Source: Bdellovibrionota bacterium
Lineage (GTDB): Bacteria; Bdellovibrionota_G; JALEGL01; DATDPG01
Assembly (NCBI GenBank): GCA_963668355.1
Contig: OY764265.1
Location: forward strand, 2,848,001 to 2,912,000
Reading direction: 5' to 3'
DNA: 64,000 bases
This document shows positions 11,325 through 22,169 of this stretch, piece by piece. The translations under genes and the position numbers were made by a program. How positions within the stretch are numbered: the stretch's first letter is position 1; each line of letters begins with the position of its first letter. Below the pieces are notes generated by a model. It saw only the letters and a program-made list of their open reading frames with translations, was not told where the DNA came from and searched no databases.

Positions 11325-12338
11325 ATGTTCGTAAGGGGATTTAAAAGACTTCTTTTTCTTGCGGTGGCTATGTTGGCCATTTCGACGGCCCAGGCGTTCA
11401 ATACGCCTCTGATTCAAGGACATTTGGACTCCAGTTCCATTCCCAATTTTGATCCGTCTACGCACGGCTTTTGGCTTCTTTACAACACTACCCGTGGCTT
11501 GAAGATGCAATCTCGATACGAAGTCCTACCCGTGCATTTCAATTCTAAAGGGGACTTTGAGATTCCTGCCCTCAAATTTGGATGGAAAGAGTTCAAATTT
11601 CAATCCCATAAAAAAGATAAACACCAAGGACTTATTGGAAATTCCAAGACCTCTTACCCCGGCCCCAAAAAGGTTCGACTTCTCTTGGTAAAGAATTCTG
11701 AATTGCGTGAAGGAAATCGATCTAAGGTCCTGCTTCAATTTTTTGAAGATGACATGGATTTTCTCGATCCCAATCACCTCTCCACCCTGGGTTGGTTGGA
11801 CATTCAAATGGATCAATGCGAAGAAACAGATACTTGTGGCCCGGAGTTTTTTGAACAAGCCATGGAAAATCTGAGGATCTTTCCCCTTTCACTCTCTCTT
11901 AAGCCAATCAACGATCGAGTTTCCAGACTGCTGGAAGGACTGAGCCCGGATTCTCCGTCCATTCACCTCAACCTGACTACGCACCTCACAAAGATGTTCA
12001 TCTCCGACTATCAAAAGGATGCCCTACTGTACTATTTCGCGACCGAGGAAAACCCTCGTGTCCTTCTCTCGGGGTGGGTTAACTTTCGAGTGGATCGTTC
12101 ACGCTTAGACCATGTGATCCATGTCCCCTCCAACCTCCCGCCTTATGAGTACTATGTCTCTCCTCACCAAAGCCACAGAGGAATCTGCTCGCATGTCCAA
12201 AGAGATTCCACAGCTTTCCAATGGAAACTACACATCCCCGATAAACTCGTTGAGGTATCTCCCGATTTTCATGAAATCGATCTCCATTTGAAACTGACCT
12301 ACCCCTTCACGCGAATGGATTTGTCTCAGGGCGACTAA
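11325..12338 (+). CDS. Hypothetical secreted protein
   Basis: 337-aa ORF, Sec signal ending AQA; extended -10 TGCTATAAC upstream; no family recognised. Confidence 0.65.
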   Translation: MFVRGFKRLLFLAVAMLAISTAQAFNTPLIQGHLDSSSIPNFDPSTHGFWLLYNTTRGLKMQSRYEVLPVHFNSKGDFEIPALKFGWKEFKFQSHKKDKHQGLIGNSKTSYPGPKKVRLLLVKNSELREGNRSKVLLQFFEDDMDFLDPNHLSTLGWLDIQMDQCEETDTCGPEFFEQAMENLRIFPLSLSLKPINDRVSRLLEGLSPDSPSIHLNLTTHLTKMFISDYQKDALLYYFATEENPRVLLSGWVNFRVDRSRLDHVIHVPSNLPPYEYYVSPHQSHRGICSHVQRDSTAFQWKLHIPDKLVEVSPDFHEIDLHLKLTYPFTRMDLSQGD

Positions 12339-12408
12339 GGCGGGGGTTTCTCGCTGAAAAATGAAAAGGATGCTAATTTGGCTTCGAGCATCGCCTGAGG
12401 AGAAATAT

Positions 12409-12846
12409 ATGCCATCAAACTTTGAGACCTTTTGGGAACTAGGTTCCTTTGCTGTGGTGGGAAACCAAAAAGCCCGAAACTTTCCAAAACTCACTTACAC
12501 CGCGCTTAAAAATAAAGGAAAAAGGGTGTTCCCCGTGGACCCCTCCATTCCAAAGGTGGATGACGATCTCACCTACACAAACCTTCAAGCCCTTCCGGAG
12601 CCGGTAGAAGGCGTAATTTTGGAAGTCCCCAAAGAAGAAACAACCTTCTGGATCGACCAAGCGGCCAAAGCCAACATCAAAGACCTCTGGATTCATATGC
12701 GAAGAGAAACACCCGAAGCCGTTGCATTAGCTCAGAAAAATGGAATGAATGTTCGATTCGGTACGTGTGCCGTCATGTATTTAACCGACCGGCTCACTTA
12801 TCACTCCATCCATAAGTGGATCATGAAAACGATGGGGAAGTACTAA
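12409..12846 (+). CDS. CoA-binding protein (YccU-like)
   Basis: FAVVG, VFPVDP, LPEPVEGVILEVP, CAVMYL; SD GAGGAG before ATG 12409. Confidence 0.85.
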   Translation: MPSNFETFWELGSFAVVGNQKARNFPKLTYTALKNKGKRVFPVDPSIPKVDDDLTYTNLQALPEPVEGVILEVPKEETTFWIDQAAKANIKDLWIHMRRETPEAVALAQKNGMNVRFGTCAVMYLTDRLTYHSIHKWIMKTMGKY

Positions 12847-12850
12847 AAAA

Positions 12851-15655
12851 CTAAAGTTGGCCTACAGCAAAATGAAATTCGCCGAAGGATTCCCCAGGTC
12901 TGCGATCCAGCTTAATTCCAAAGTCCAGGCGCAAGGGACCAAAGAAGGTGTTGTACCGTAGCCCTACCCCAGCGGTATTTCGTATATCAAAGGGATTGAA
13001 ATCTGAATTCGAGACATACGCGTTTCCTCCGTCCGAAAACACCGCGAAATCAAAACCATCAAACAATGGAAAAAGAACTTCGGCCATAAAATTAAACATG
13101 CTGTTCCCACCGGGCGCTTGTTGCAAGACAGAATCGGAGCAGTTTTCAGGAAGGTCGCTGTCCACCCCTCCAATGCAATTTCGGCCAAATCCTCGAAGGC
13201 TATTGTTCCCTCCCAATCTGAACCGTTTCTCGATGGGGATCGCCGAAATTCCTTGAGAAGTGGTTTTTCCATAGGTTCCAGAAAATCCAAATCTAACGGA
13301 AAGAACAAAACGGATTTTGCGATAAAGGGGGAAAAACATCGAATTTCTCACCGTCAATCGATAGAAATCCGCTTCAGACCAAAAAAAGTTATGATACAAA
13401 CCAAAATCAACTCGATGAAAGCTACCCTCGGTCGGATTTAAAACATCGTTTCTTCGATCAAAATCCAAAATCGCAGCCACCGATCCAAACCTAGCCGACT
13501 GCTCATCAATGGGACTAAGCTCTGCAGGATCAATTTGAATGTTGAAAGGATTTCGAAACTCAAGTTCATACTGAAGTTGAGGCCGAAACCAACGGGTAAT
13601 CTCCGTATTCAACCCCACGATCACACTTCTTCGATCAATATCGTATTGTCGTTCTTCTGCACGTTCATTGATGAAATGTGCATGTCCCGACATGGGACCA
13701 ATCAAGTGAGGCTCGCGATACGTAAGCATCTCCCGGTGTTCCCACACTCGAAAATCGCGCACTTTTCGATTGACCCTTCCTTGAGCCGTCGCACTTCGGC
13801 CGGTTCCTGCAATATTAATATATCCCAACTCTACGGCACCGCGGGCACCGTCATCCGTAGAAAACCCTGGACGAATCCGTACGGAACGCTTTTTCTTTTC
13901 TCGAAGCGTAATTAAGAGATCCTCTTGCCCCGTAGTGGGATCGTGATTCATCTCTTCAAAAGACACGCTTTCAAAAAACCCCAAACGAAGCAACGCCCGA
14001 CGACTATCCCGAATTCGATTTGGATCGTATCGATCTCCCGCTGCAACGCTCAATTCTCTTCGAATGACATACTCTTCCGTATGTCGATTCCCACGAATGA
14101 TAACGTCCCTCAAATGAACTAAAGGGCCTTCCTGAATAGCTACTTCATAGGTCACCCGCCCTTGCGAAATACTGTTGATGTCGGGCACTTGAACATCCAC
14201 ATATTTGAAGCCTTCCTCCTGGTAAGCCTTTTTCAGTTCTTCTTTTTTCTCCATGAGTTTCAGAGGATTTATGGGATCTCCGTCCTTCATCTGAAAGAGA
14301 TCCTCAACGAACCGATTGGAAAAATGTCGATTACCTTGAATCCGTAAACTGGAAAACACTGATCGCTCATTTTCAGAAACTTCAAACGACGCCGAAGCAT
14401 ATTTTTGATCCTGTGAGAACGAAATTCGAGGCTCCGAAATCTTCGCTCGTAGAAATCCCTGAGATTGATAAAAGGCAATTAAGTCATAGGAGGCCTGATT
14501 CAGTTCGTCCAACACGAACGTTCCGGACCGGATATGTTCAGGGGCCAACGAATATATTTCTTTCTGCAATCGCTTTTCAGGAAAAAAACGATTCCCATGA
14601 AAATGAATTTCTTCTAAGCGAACTTTCGGCCCTCTTTCGATCTCAAAAACAATTTCACGCCGTTTTTTGGATCCCGAAGCAGGATCATCCAGGCATTGAA
14701 TCTGCGCGTGTGGGTATCCCCTTTTTCGATAGAAATCCTTGATTCCAGAAATTGCAGTGGCTTCAACCCAGGCTTGGTTAAACTTCCTTTCGTCTTCCAA
14801 AGCAATGGCTTTGCGAAGCATACTATCTCGTTCAAAAGCAAACGTATTTCCTCTGAAACGCACCTCCACCGACGACCCAACCCGAACCTCCAAAACCAGG
14901 CGTCCACGAGAAAGGTTCTTAGAATAGATGATTTCAGATCGATCGATCGCCGCAGACAAGAATTCACGGTCCTTTAATTCGGACCGAATGTTTTCGATTC
15001 CTTGTTCCAGATGTTTTCCGTCACAACGGTCCCCAACGTTCATATTCAGCCAACTTGCAAAGTCAGCCTGCGTTACGGGAAAACGATCAATCGACCAGTC
15101 AATTTCCTCCACAATACAGGGTTCATTCTCTGTGATATCGATCTTGAGGTCCGCTTCTGTGCGATCCTCTAATTCCAATAAAAGAATGGAAACATCTGCA
15201 TGAGGAAAACCTCGGTAATGCAAATACTTTTTCAACCGATCCTTTACGTCTTCCAATTGTCCGGGATTCAATTCATCCTTTTCCCTTAAATTCAAAGACT
15301 CCTTTATGGAATCTCTCTTGAGGGTTTTCAGGCCATTTACTTCTATATTTCGAATCAAGGGCCGTGGCTTAATCACGACATGAATTCGCCCGCCTTCCAA
15401 GCGCTCCGTGCGCAATTCATTGACTGGATATTTGAGAAAAAAGCGCTTCAATGCCTCTGAAAGTCTTTGATCGGAAATGTCCTCATCTAGAAAGTCACTG
15501 AAGAAAATTTCCGCTTGTCTTTTTAAATGTGGGTCAGGACACTCCACTTGAACAAAGGAAGACGGCAACGCAGACACTTGGCCCAGAAACAAAAGCCCGA
15601 TCAAAAAGCTCAAAAAGAGCGATCTAAAATTCAAATCCAAATTCAACGTCCACAC
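12851..15655 (-). CDS. Omp85-family (BamA/TamA-like) outer membrane assembly factor with multiple POTRA domains
   Basis: Repeated POTRA motifs (IHFHGN, IQGN, IIRGNRHTEEYVIRREL), RFRLGGNNSLRGF, GVGLRYNTFFGPLRLDFG; start uncertain. Confidence 0.9.
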   Translation of the reverse strand: MWTLNLDLNFRSLFLSFLIGLLFLGQVSALPSSFVQVECPDPHLKRQAEIFFSDFLDEDISDQRLSEALKRFFLKYPVNELRTERLEGGRIHVVIKPRPLIRNIEVNGLKTLKRDSIKESLNLREKDELNPGQLEDVKDRLKKYLHYRGFPHADVSILLLELEDRTEADLKIDITENEPCIVEEIDWSIDRFPVTQADFASWLNMNVGDRCDGKHLEQGIENIRSELKDREFLSAAIDRSEIIYSKNLSRGRLVLEVRVGSSVEVRFRGNTFAFERDSMLRKAIALEDERKFNQAWVEATAISGIKDFYRKRGYPHAQIQCLDDPASGSKKRREIVFEIERGPKVRLEEIHFHGNRFFPEKRLQKEIYSLAPEHIRSGTFVLDELNQASYDLIAFYQSQGFLRAKISEPRISFSQDQKYASASFEVSENERSVFSSLRIQGNRHFSNRFVEDLFQMKDGDPINPLKLMEKKEELKKAYQEEGFKYVDVQVPDINSISQGRVTYEVAIQEGPLVHLRDVIIRGNRHTEEYVIRRELSVAAGDRYDPNRIRDSRRALLRLGFFESVSFEEMNHDPTTGQEDLLITLREKKKRSVRIRPGFSTDDGARGAVELGYINIAGTGRSATAQGRVNRKVRDFRVWEHREMLTYREPHLIGPMSGHAHFINERAEERQYDIDRRSVIVGLNTEITRWFRPQLQYELEFRNPFNIQIDPAELSPIDEQSARFGSVAAILDFDRRNDVLNPTEGSFHRVDFGLYHNFFWSEADFYRLTVRNSMFFPLYRKIRFVLSVRFGFSGTYGKTTSQGISAIPIEKRFRLGGNNSLRGFGRNCIGGVDSDLPENCSDSVLQQAPGGNSMFNFMAEVLFPLFDGFDFAVFSDGGNAYVSNSDFNPFDIRNTAGVGLRYNTFFGPLRLDFGIKLDRRPGESFGEFHFAVGQL

Positions 15656-18600
15656 CTAAGTCATATTCGTTTTCATCTTCATCTCGATTATCTCGCAAAC
15701 TTCCTTGCATGGAAAAATTACGGTTTAGCCTTTGTTCAACGCGCACCGTATTCTCAGAGCCAATTTCAAACAAATCTGTCGAATAAAGCAATTGGAGCGA
15801 GGGAAGCACTTTTTTGCCAACCGTCATTTTTAAACCCGTTGTTTTGGTACTCTCTGAAAAATAAGGAACAAACTGAAAGGTATCAATGATCTTGGCTTTC
15901 TTGAGGCCACTCTCCAATCGAGACTGAATCGGTCCGGAAAGAACCGTTGGCAAAAGCGAAGAGGAGAGACTTTGATCACTGGCCCCCGATTGCAACAATT
16001 CGTCGGAGTCCACCCCAAGTGTTAGCAATGCAACAATATTTGTTTCATCTTTAACGGGTTGACTGGAAAGAAAAGCCTGGATGTTCTTACCCTCACTTCG
16101 AATGTCCAAAAAGATATCTGTATCCAAGACACGTGTTCTGGCTGTAACATCAACATTGGTCGCAATGTTTTCCGTTGAAGTAAAACGGACATTACCTGTC
16201 GTAATCTCAAACGTGTTGTCTAGAAAAAGAACCTCTCCATCAATAACTTCAATATTACCCAGAAGACCATAGGCAACTTCAGACCCAGTAAGCCTCAAAT
16301 CCATTCGCAAGGTGGCCGTCGCGATATCGTTTCGGACAAATACCGTGTCCCCCTCAGATCGGATTCGAATATTGAAGCGCAGCTTTTCTTCATCTGAACC
16401 GAAAACCCTTCCAATTCGTCTTCCGGAACTGAGGGTCAGTATCCGGCTTTTCCAGTCCCATTGCTCTCGGTAGGTTGCCCGGTGAATGAGAACATCTCCT
16501 TGAAGCGTTGGACGATCGAGTCTTCCCAGCAAACTCAAGTTCCCTGAAAGTTCAGCGGGGAGCCAGGTTGGAACACGAAGGAAAAGCCGATCCAAATGAA
16601 AATCCATGAGAATATTTGGAGATTCCTCCAGGCCAGAAACCTGGAGACTTCCTTTTCCTCTCACTTTCCCCTCTGCAAGATTGGCCTCAAAAGCATCCAC
16701 AAAAACGCGTTTCTGGTTTAGCGTCGCATGCAAGTTAATATTTTCAATGGCATGGGGGATGTCCAGGATTTGAATCATCCCGCCTTCTACATCCAGGTGG
16801 CCTTGAAAATTTGGCGAGTTCGTGGTTCCCGCTAAATCCAACGACACCTCTGTTTTACCCTCGGCTCTCGTTACATTGGACGTCAGTAAGGAAAGAACAC
16901 GTAACGCGAGACTCCCTTTCATCGAAAACGCTAAACGGTTTTGAAGGTCAATCTGCCCGTTTGCGTTTAAGTTGGTTGACGGCCCTTCAAGCTGAATCGA
17001 GGGAAGAGAAAGAGTGCCGTTTTTGATTTCGATTTTCACAGGATGTGTCGATTCGACAAACCAATCGCCTTGGGAAATTTTCATTTCATGGACACCCACC
17101 TCTCCCTTCCAAGAGGTCCTTTTTTGCAGATTCCCAAGGAACTTCCAATCTCCAGAGATTTGAGAAGATACGTTTTGCCAAAAAGGAGTCATGGAAAATT
17201 GTTTAAAAGCACCCCTGCCTTCCAACATGCTTCCATCGAGTAAGTTCACTCGCCCCTCAGCCGTGATTTCCGATTCTTTATAAATCAAAGCCCAATTCAA
17301 TTGACTCAAAGGACCTTGCGTCTTGACTTCACAGTCTCCTCGACGAACAACTTCATCATTCACATCAAAAACGGTTAATTCGGTCTTAAATAGTGGGTCT
17401 TCCAAAGCTTCCTTCAACAGCACTTTTCCAGAGACTCGATTCACGAAAGAGGAAACTGCAGTGGGTACGTTGAGAAGAGAGAGAGGAAGGGAATCAATTT
17501 CTGCCTCAAAATCACGAAAAACGACTGGGCCCACGCTTCCTTTGGCCTCAACTTTACCACCTTCCCAATCCAATTGGGCTTTTTCCACAAACCAATCTTC
17601 CTTGGAAAAATTCAAAATCAAATCCAGATCACGAAAATCTTCGGTCATCCAAGAAACCGGATTCCCCTGTATACTCAGCCGCCCCTCGGGATGCATCGCT
17701 GTGCCGACCAAAAGTAAAGATCCGGATGAAACTCCTTCGATGGAACGAAGAAACCCATAGCGACGACGGCCGATATCGGCCAACCAGCCCAAGTCAAAAT
17801 CTGCCCAGGCCAGAGACAAATCAATCGGACCCTCTGCTCCATCCCGAAGATTTCCATCCAATTTCAGACTTCCCTTTTCACTGAAAAGCCTAAATTGCTT
17901 GAGACGAGTGCCTTTTTCATAAAACTCGACTTCTCCTTCAAGACGCTTGGGAGAACGATTTCCGTATCGCAAAGGGCTGATCGACAAATTCAAACGGGCT
18001 GAGAAAACATCGCCATTCACATCCAGCCCTCCGGAAACCCTTCCCAAACCCGAGAGTGGATCTTCTTCCGGAAATACGTCACCCACATTTTCCAGTTCAG
18101 CTTGCCAGACACCTTTTGCTTTTCCGGGTGCTGGAAAATCGAACTGAAAACTTCCCTTTCCTCCTGCCAGATTTAGTTCTCCTTCATCCAAAAAGAAGTT
18201 TCGACTTTGCGACCATCCCAATTTTCCCTTGATGTCCACTTTCTTAAATTCAAAAGGCAAGTAAGGACTCATTTCCTTGCCAACGTTCAACATGAGACGA
18301 TCGGAACGAATGCGATAATTCGCAGACATCGAAAAGGGAAGAATTCCCAATTTTCCATCCATATCGACATCTACCCAGCCGTCCAAAGCAGCTGTACTGC
18401 TCGGGTGGGAAACAGTTCGAACCGTTTTGTAAGAAGCCTTCTCGGCCTTGAGCGAAAATTCACCCACTCTTCCTGGAGCCAAATGGCTTACGTTTAGGTC
18501 AAAGGTGGCATCAGGGAGAAAAATCTTTCCTTTCAATTGGCTCAATCGATCTTTTCTTGCAGAAAAAGAAAATTTGCCATGGCCAAAAGACCGCTTCCTC

Positions 18601-19487
18601 AAAGTCACCTGATCATAAGCAAGATCTCCCTTTAACTTGGGAGTATTCCAACTTCCGGAAATATCTGACGATACGGAAATTTTTCCCGCCAGGTTGAGAG
18701 GTCGAGAAAGCATTTCAAGCTCTGCAAGCGCATTCTCCAAAGGATTGAGACTCGCCTGGGCACTTAGATGAAGCTTAGGGTTCGGGTACGCCTGACCTTG
18801 GAGTTGTACGTTGGCACCTGCGCCTTCAATTCCGAACTTTTCCAACCAAACACGATTTCCCTTTCGTATGGCAACGATGGCCACTTGATCCATACGAAAA
18901 GAACGCCCCTCATGAAAGAGGATTCCATCTCCCTCCCACGCCCACCGCTCTTCCTGACCTCTTCCCGTGTATTGGGCATTTCCAGATCCAATTTGAATTT
19001 GCAGCCCCTCCCCTGGAAGCTCCACGCGAAGACTCGCATCGCGAACCTCAAATCCGTGAATTTCAAATCGAACGAGGTCCTGCAACGAAGGAAGGGATGA
19101 ATCCAAATCATATGACTCATCCGTCGCGTATTTCCCTTGAACATTTGGAACAATGTGCAAATACGGTTCATTCACTTCCACATGTTCAATGACGATTTTT
19201 CCCAAGAAAATGGGCCCCGCCCCAGGTGAGACGGAAATTCTTTTCGCTCCGACAAACCTTAGAGGACCTTTTTCAATTTCCATTCTCAAGTTTTCGACGA
19301 CCACTCTGGGAGGAAAGAGGGAAAAAGAAAGGTCTCCGAGCGTGATGTCCGCGTTCAATTGTGCTTCCAGTTGGGGCACAACAATGCGTTGCGCCGTCCA
19401 ACGAAGTGCGGGACGCCACAAAACCGCCAGGGTGGCGGTGAGGCCCCCCAGAAAAATCAACGCAAAGATGACGGCATGACGCTTCAA
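15624..19487 (-). CDS. tamB: TamB/AsmA-like translocation-assembly module protein
   Basis: N-terminal membrane anchor, 1287-aa beta-rich body, DUF490-like C-terminus ending DVEFGFEF, directly upstream of the Omp85 gene. Confidence 0.85.
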   Translation of the reverse strand: MKRHAVIFALIFLGGLTATLAVLWRPALRWTAQRIVVPQLEAQLNADITLGDLSFSLFPPRVVVENLRMEIEKGPLRFVGAKRISVSPGAGPIFLGKIVIEHVEVNEPYLHIVPNVQGKYATDESYDLDSSLPSLQDLVRFEIHGFEVRDASLRVELPGEGLQIQIGSGNAQYTGRGQEERWAWEGDGILFHEGRSFRMDQVAIVAIRKGNRVWLEKFGIEGAGANVQLQGQAYPNPKLHLSAQASLNPLENALAELEMLSRPLNLAGKISVSSDISGSWNTPKLKGDLAYDQVTLRKRSFGHGKFSFSARKDRLSQLKGKIFLPDATFDLNVSHLAPGRVGEFSLKAEKASYKTVRTVSHPSSTAALDGWVDVDMDGKLGILPFSMSANYRIRSDRLMLNVGKEMSPYLPFEFKKVDIKGKLGWSQSRNFFLDEGELNLAGGKGSFQFDFPAPGKAKGVWQAELENVGDVFPEEDPLSGLGRVSGGLDVNGDVFSARLNLSISPLRYGNRSPKRLEGEVEFYEKGTRLKQFRLFSEKGSLKLDGNLRDGAEGPIDLSLAWADFDLGWLADIGRRRYGFLRSIEGVSSGSLLLVGTAMHPEGRLSIQGNPVSWMTEDFRDLDLILNFSKEDWFVEKAQLDWEGGKVEAKGSVGPVVFRDFEAEIDSLPLSLLNVPTAVSSFVNRVSGKVLLKEALEDPLFKTELTVFDVNDEVVRRGDCEVKTQGPLSQLNWALIYKESEITAEGRVNLLDGSMLEGRGAFKQFSMTPFWQNVSSQISGDWKFLGNLQKRTSWKGEVGVHEMKISQGDWFVESTHPVKIEIKNGTLSLPSIQLEGPSTNLNANGQIDLQNRLAFSMKGSLALRVLSLLTSNVTRAEGKTEVSLDLAGTTNSPNFQGHLDVEGGMIQILDIPHAIENINLHATLNQKRVFVDAFEANLAEGKVRGKGSLQVSGLEESPNILMDFHLDRLFLRVPTWLPAELSGNLSLLGRLDRPTLQGDVLIHRATYREQWDWKSRILTLSSGRRIGRVFGSDEEKLRFNIRIRSEGDTVFVRNDIATATLRMDLRLTGSEVAYGLLGNIEVIDGEVLFLDNTFEITTGNVRFTSTENIATNVDVTARTRVLDTDIFLDIRSEGKNIQAFLSSQPVKDETNIVALLTLGVDSDELLQSGASDQSLSSSLLPTVLSGPIQSRLESGLKKAKIIDTFQFVPYFSESTKTTGLKMTVGKKVLPSLQLLYSTDLFEIGSENTVRVEQRLNRNFSMQGSLRDNRDEDENEYDLGVDVEFGFEF

Positions 19488-19601
19488 GGCATTCCTAAGG
19501 CTACGGGATTACGAGGTTTGTGCCAAGATTCACAGAAAAAAGAGCATCCCAATCTGAGACAAACTTGGTAAGCTTTCCCCACACGAATTCAAGGAGGATT
19601 C

Positions 19602-20192
19602 ATGGTAATTGCACTATCCATCATTTTAGGACTTGGCCTGCTGACCATCATTTTTGGCGTTGGCATTTATAACCGATTGGTGACCTTGAGAAACCGCTAT
19701 AAGAATGCCTTTTCTCAAATCGATGTTCAACTCAAGCGGCGCTACGATCTGATTCCAAACCTCGTTGAAACGGTCAAGGGATATATGGCTCATGAACGAG
19801 AAACCTTGGAAGCGGTGATTCAGGCCAGAAATCAAGCGGCAAGCGCGAGCAAGCAAGCTGCAGCCAACCCCAGCGATCCAAATGCCATGAAAGCCTTGAT
19901 GGGAGCAGAAACGGGCTTAACTGGAGTCCTGGGAAGACTGTTCGCACTTTCCGAGGCCTACCCCGACCTGAAAGCCAATCAGAATATGGCCCAGCTCTCG
20001 GAGGAACTGACTTCGACCGAGAACAAAATCGCCTTTGCGCGCCAGGCCTATAATGATGCGGCAACAACCTACAACACCGGACGCGAGAAATTTCCCGACA
20101 ATATTTTGGCCGGAATGTTTAACTTTTCTCCGGCTGTTTTGTGGGAAATTGAAGATCAGAGGGAAAAGGTCGCCCCCAAAGTTTCTTTTTAG
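19602..20192 (+). CDS. lemA: LemA family protein
   Basis: YNRLV, QIDVQLKRRYDLIPNLVETVKGY, EAYPDLKANQN, TENKIAFARQAYN; SD AAGGAGG. Confidence 0.96.
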   Translation: MVIALSIILGLGLLTIIFGVGIYNRLVTLRNRYKNAFSQIDVQLKRRYDLIPNLVETVKGYMAHERETLEAVIQARNQAASASKQAAANPSDPNAMKALMGAETGLTGVLGRLFALSEAYPDLKANQNMAQLSEELTSTENKIAFARQAYNDAATTYNTGREKFPDNILAGMFNFSPAVLWEIEDQREKVAPKVSF

Positions 20193-20219
20193 GAAATACA
20201 CGCATAAGAAAGGTGTCTC

Positions 20220-22169
20220 GTGAATTTTTTTGAGCACCAAGACGAGGCCAAACGAAAAACGAAATGGTTGGTTTTCAATTTTGTTTTGGCGGTCATTTCC
20301 ATCATTGGCGCAATCTATTTCTTGGCGATTTTCGCCAATGAGCTCCTCCAGGCACGAGGGGACCCCAACGGATATCACCCCACCGTTCCCAATCAATGGT
20401 GGCAACCCACCATCATGCTCTATTCGGCGACCTGCTCCCTGCTCCTTATTTTTGGGGGCTCTCTGTTCATGACCCGAAATCTTTCGAAAGGCGGGAGTGC
20501 TGTCGCTAAGATGCTCGGAGGAAAAAGACTTCATCCGGAAACAAAAGACCCCAAAGAAAGACGCCTTCGAAACGTGATTGAGGAGATGGCGATCGCTTCA
20601 GGGGTTCCTGTTCCTGAGATTTTCATTCTTCACGAAGAAAACTCCATCAATGCTTTTGCAGCCGGACACACTTCGAGCAATGCCGCCATCGGGGTCACTC
20701 GCGGAACCTTGGAGACGCTTAATCGGGATGAACTTCAGGGAGTCATCGCCCACGAGTTCAGTCATATTCTTCATGGAGATATGAAAATTAACATTCGCTT
20801 GATGGGAATTCTTCATGGAATTTTAATGATTGCCATTCTAGGAACCTTTTTGATTCGCAGTGCAGGTCTCGGAGGAGGCCGATTCGGATCTCGACAAAGA
20901 AAATCTTCTCAAGCCACTCTGGCGTTTATGGGAGCTGGAATGGCCTTGATCGCCATCGGATACATTGGCGTATTCTTCGGAAAGTTGATCAAAAGTGCCC
21001 TATCTCGACAAAGAGAGTTTTTAGCCGATGCTTCTGCGGTTCAATACACACGAAACCCTTCAGGAATTGCCAGTGCCTTAAAAAAAATCGGTGGGTTCTC
21101 CGAAGGATCGAAAATGGATTCCCCCAAGGCAGAAGAAGCGAGTCATTTTTTCTTTGAAAATGCTCTCTCCCCTGCTTGGTTGAACGCATTGGCGACGCAT
21201 CCTCCTTTGGAAGAACGAATCAAGCGGATCGATCCTTCTTTTTCGGGAACGATCCCTCCGTACGCGGCCCAATCGACCTCTCCCTCATCCACACCAACCG
21301 GTGCATCTGGATTTTCAAGCCAAGGACAAACACCCACCCTACCTACGCAAGAGCTGATTACAAGCATCGGCGCACCTTCCTCCAAGCACTTAAGCTATGC
21401 CGAGGTATTTTTAACTTCTCTCCCGGAAAAAATTGTTCAAATGAGCCGTTCCACTGATGGAGCCATGGCCCTGATGTATGCACTGCTTTTGGACACACAA
21501 ATGGATATTCAACAGCTCCAACTGGAATCCGTTGGTCAAGCCTTTGGTTCGGAGGTTTCACAAAAGGTAAAAGAACTTTCATCCATATTGGACTCTTTGG
21601 GCACCCAAGCCCGGTTGCCCATCATCGATCTTTCTCTTCCTTCCCTGAGAAAGATGTCCAAGGTTGAGTACGCTCAATTCATAAAGATGCTGGTGACTCT
21701 CATCAAAGCCGATCAAGCGTTCGACCTACACGAAATGGTGCTCATTAAGGTCATCCAACATCACCTATCCCCCACTTTCTCCAAATCCACGAAGAAAGAG
21801 AGCCGTTTCCGAACCTTTTCCTCTATACAAAAGGACGTTCATTTCCTCGTTTCCGCTTTCGCTTACGTTGGAAATTCAGAAAAAGAGCAAATCCTTCAAG
21901 CCTTCACAAAAGGCTGGGAAAAAGTCTCACCTCACCCCAAAACGATTCTCCCCTTCGAGGAAATGGACGTATCCAAACTCAACGAAACTTTGGACAAATT
22001 GGCCTTGGCGTCTCCTTCTCTGAAACAAGAAATCATACTTGCGTGTACCACCACAACAGAGTCCGATGGAAAGCTGACAGCCGATGAAGCAGAACTCTTG
22101 CGGGCTGTTGGAGATACGCTAAACTGCCCTATCCCGCCAATGGTTGCGGTTCTTGAAATGAGGACATGA
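20220..22169 (+). CDS. Long-form M48 (HtpX-like) membrane zinc metalloprotease with helical TerB-like C-terminal extension
   Basis: MNFFEHQ, NAFAAG, AHEFSH (HExxH), SRQREFLADA, ATHPPLEERI. Confidence 0.9.
   Translation: MNFFEHQDEAKRKTKWLVFNFVLAVISIIGAIYFLAIFANELLQARGDPNGYHPTVPNQWWQPTIMLYSATCSLLLIFGGSLFMTRNLSKGGSAVAKMLGGKRLHPETKDPKERRLRNVIEEMAIASGVPVPEIFILHEENSINAFAAGHTSSNAAIGVTRGTLETLNRDELQGVIAHEFSHILHGDMKINIRLMGILHGILMIAILGTFLIRSAGLGGGRFGSRQRKSSQATLAFMGAGMALIAIGYIGVFFGKLIKSALSRQREFLADASAVQYTRNPSGIASALKKIGGFSEGSKMDSPKAEEASHFFFENALSPAWLNALATHPPLEERIKRIDPSFSGTIPPYAAQSTSPSSTPTGASGFSSQGQTPTLPTQELITSIGAPSSKHLSYAEVFLTSLPEKIVQMSRSTDGAMALMYALLLDTQMDIQQLQLESVGQAFGSEVSQKVKELSSILDSLGTQARLPIIDLSLPSLRKMSKVEYAQFIKMLVTLIKADQAFDLHEMVLIKVIQHHLSPTFSKSTKKESRFRTFSSIQKDVHFLVSAFAYVGNSEKEQILQAFTKGWEKVSPHPKTILPFEEMDVSKLNETLDKLALASPSLKQEIILACTTTTESDGKLTADEAELLRAVGDTLNCPIPPMVAVLEMRT

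Noticed and set aside
19510..19526. Sigma-54 promoter for tamB (TTGGCACAAACCTCGTA, minus strand)
   Set aside because: The -24 box is good but the -12 box reads CGT and there is no convincing IHF box; too weak to call
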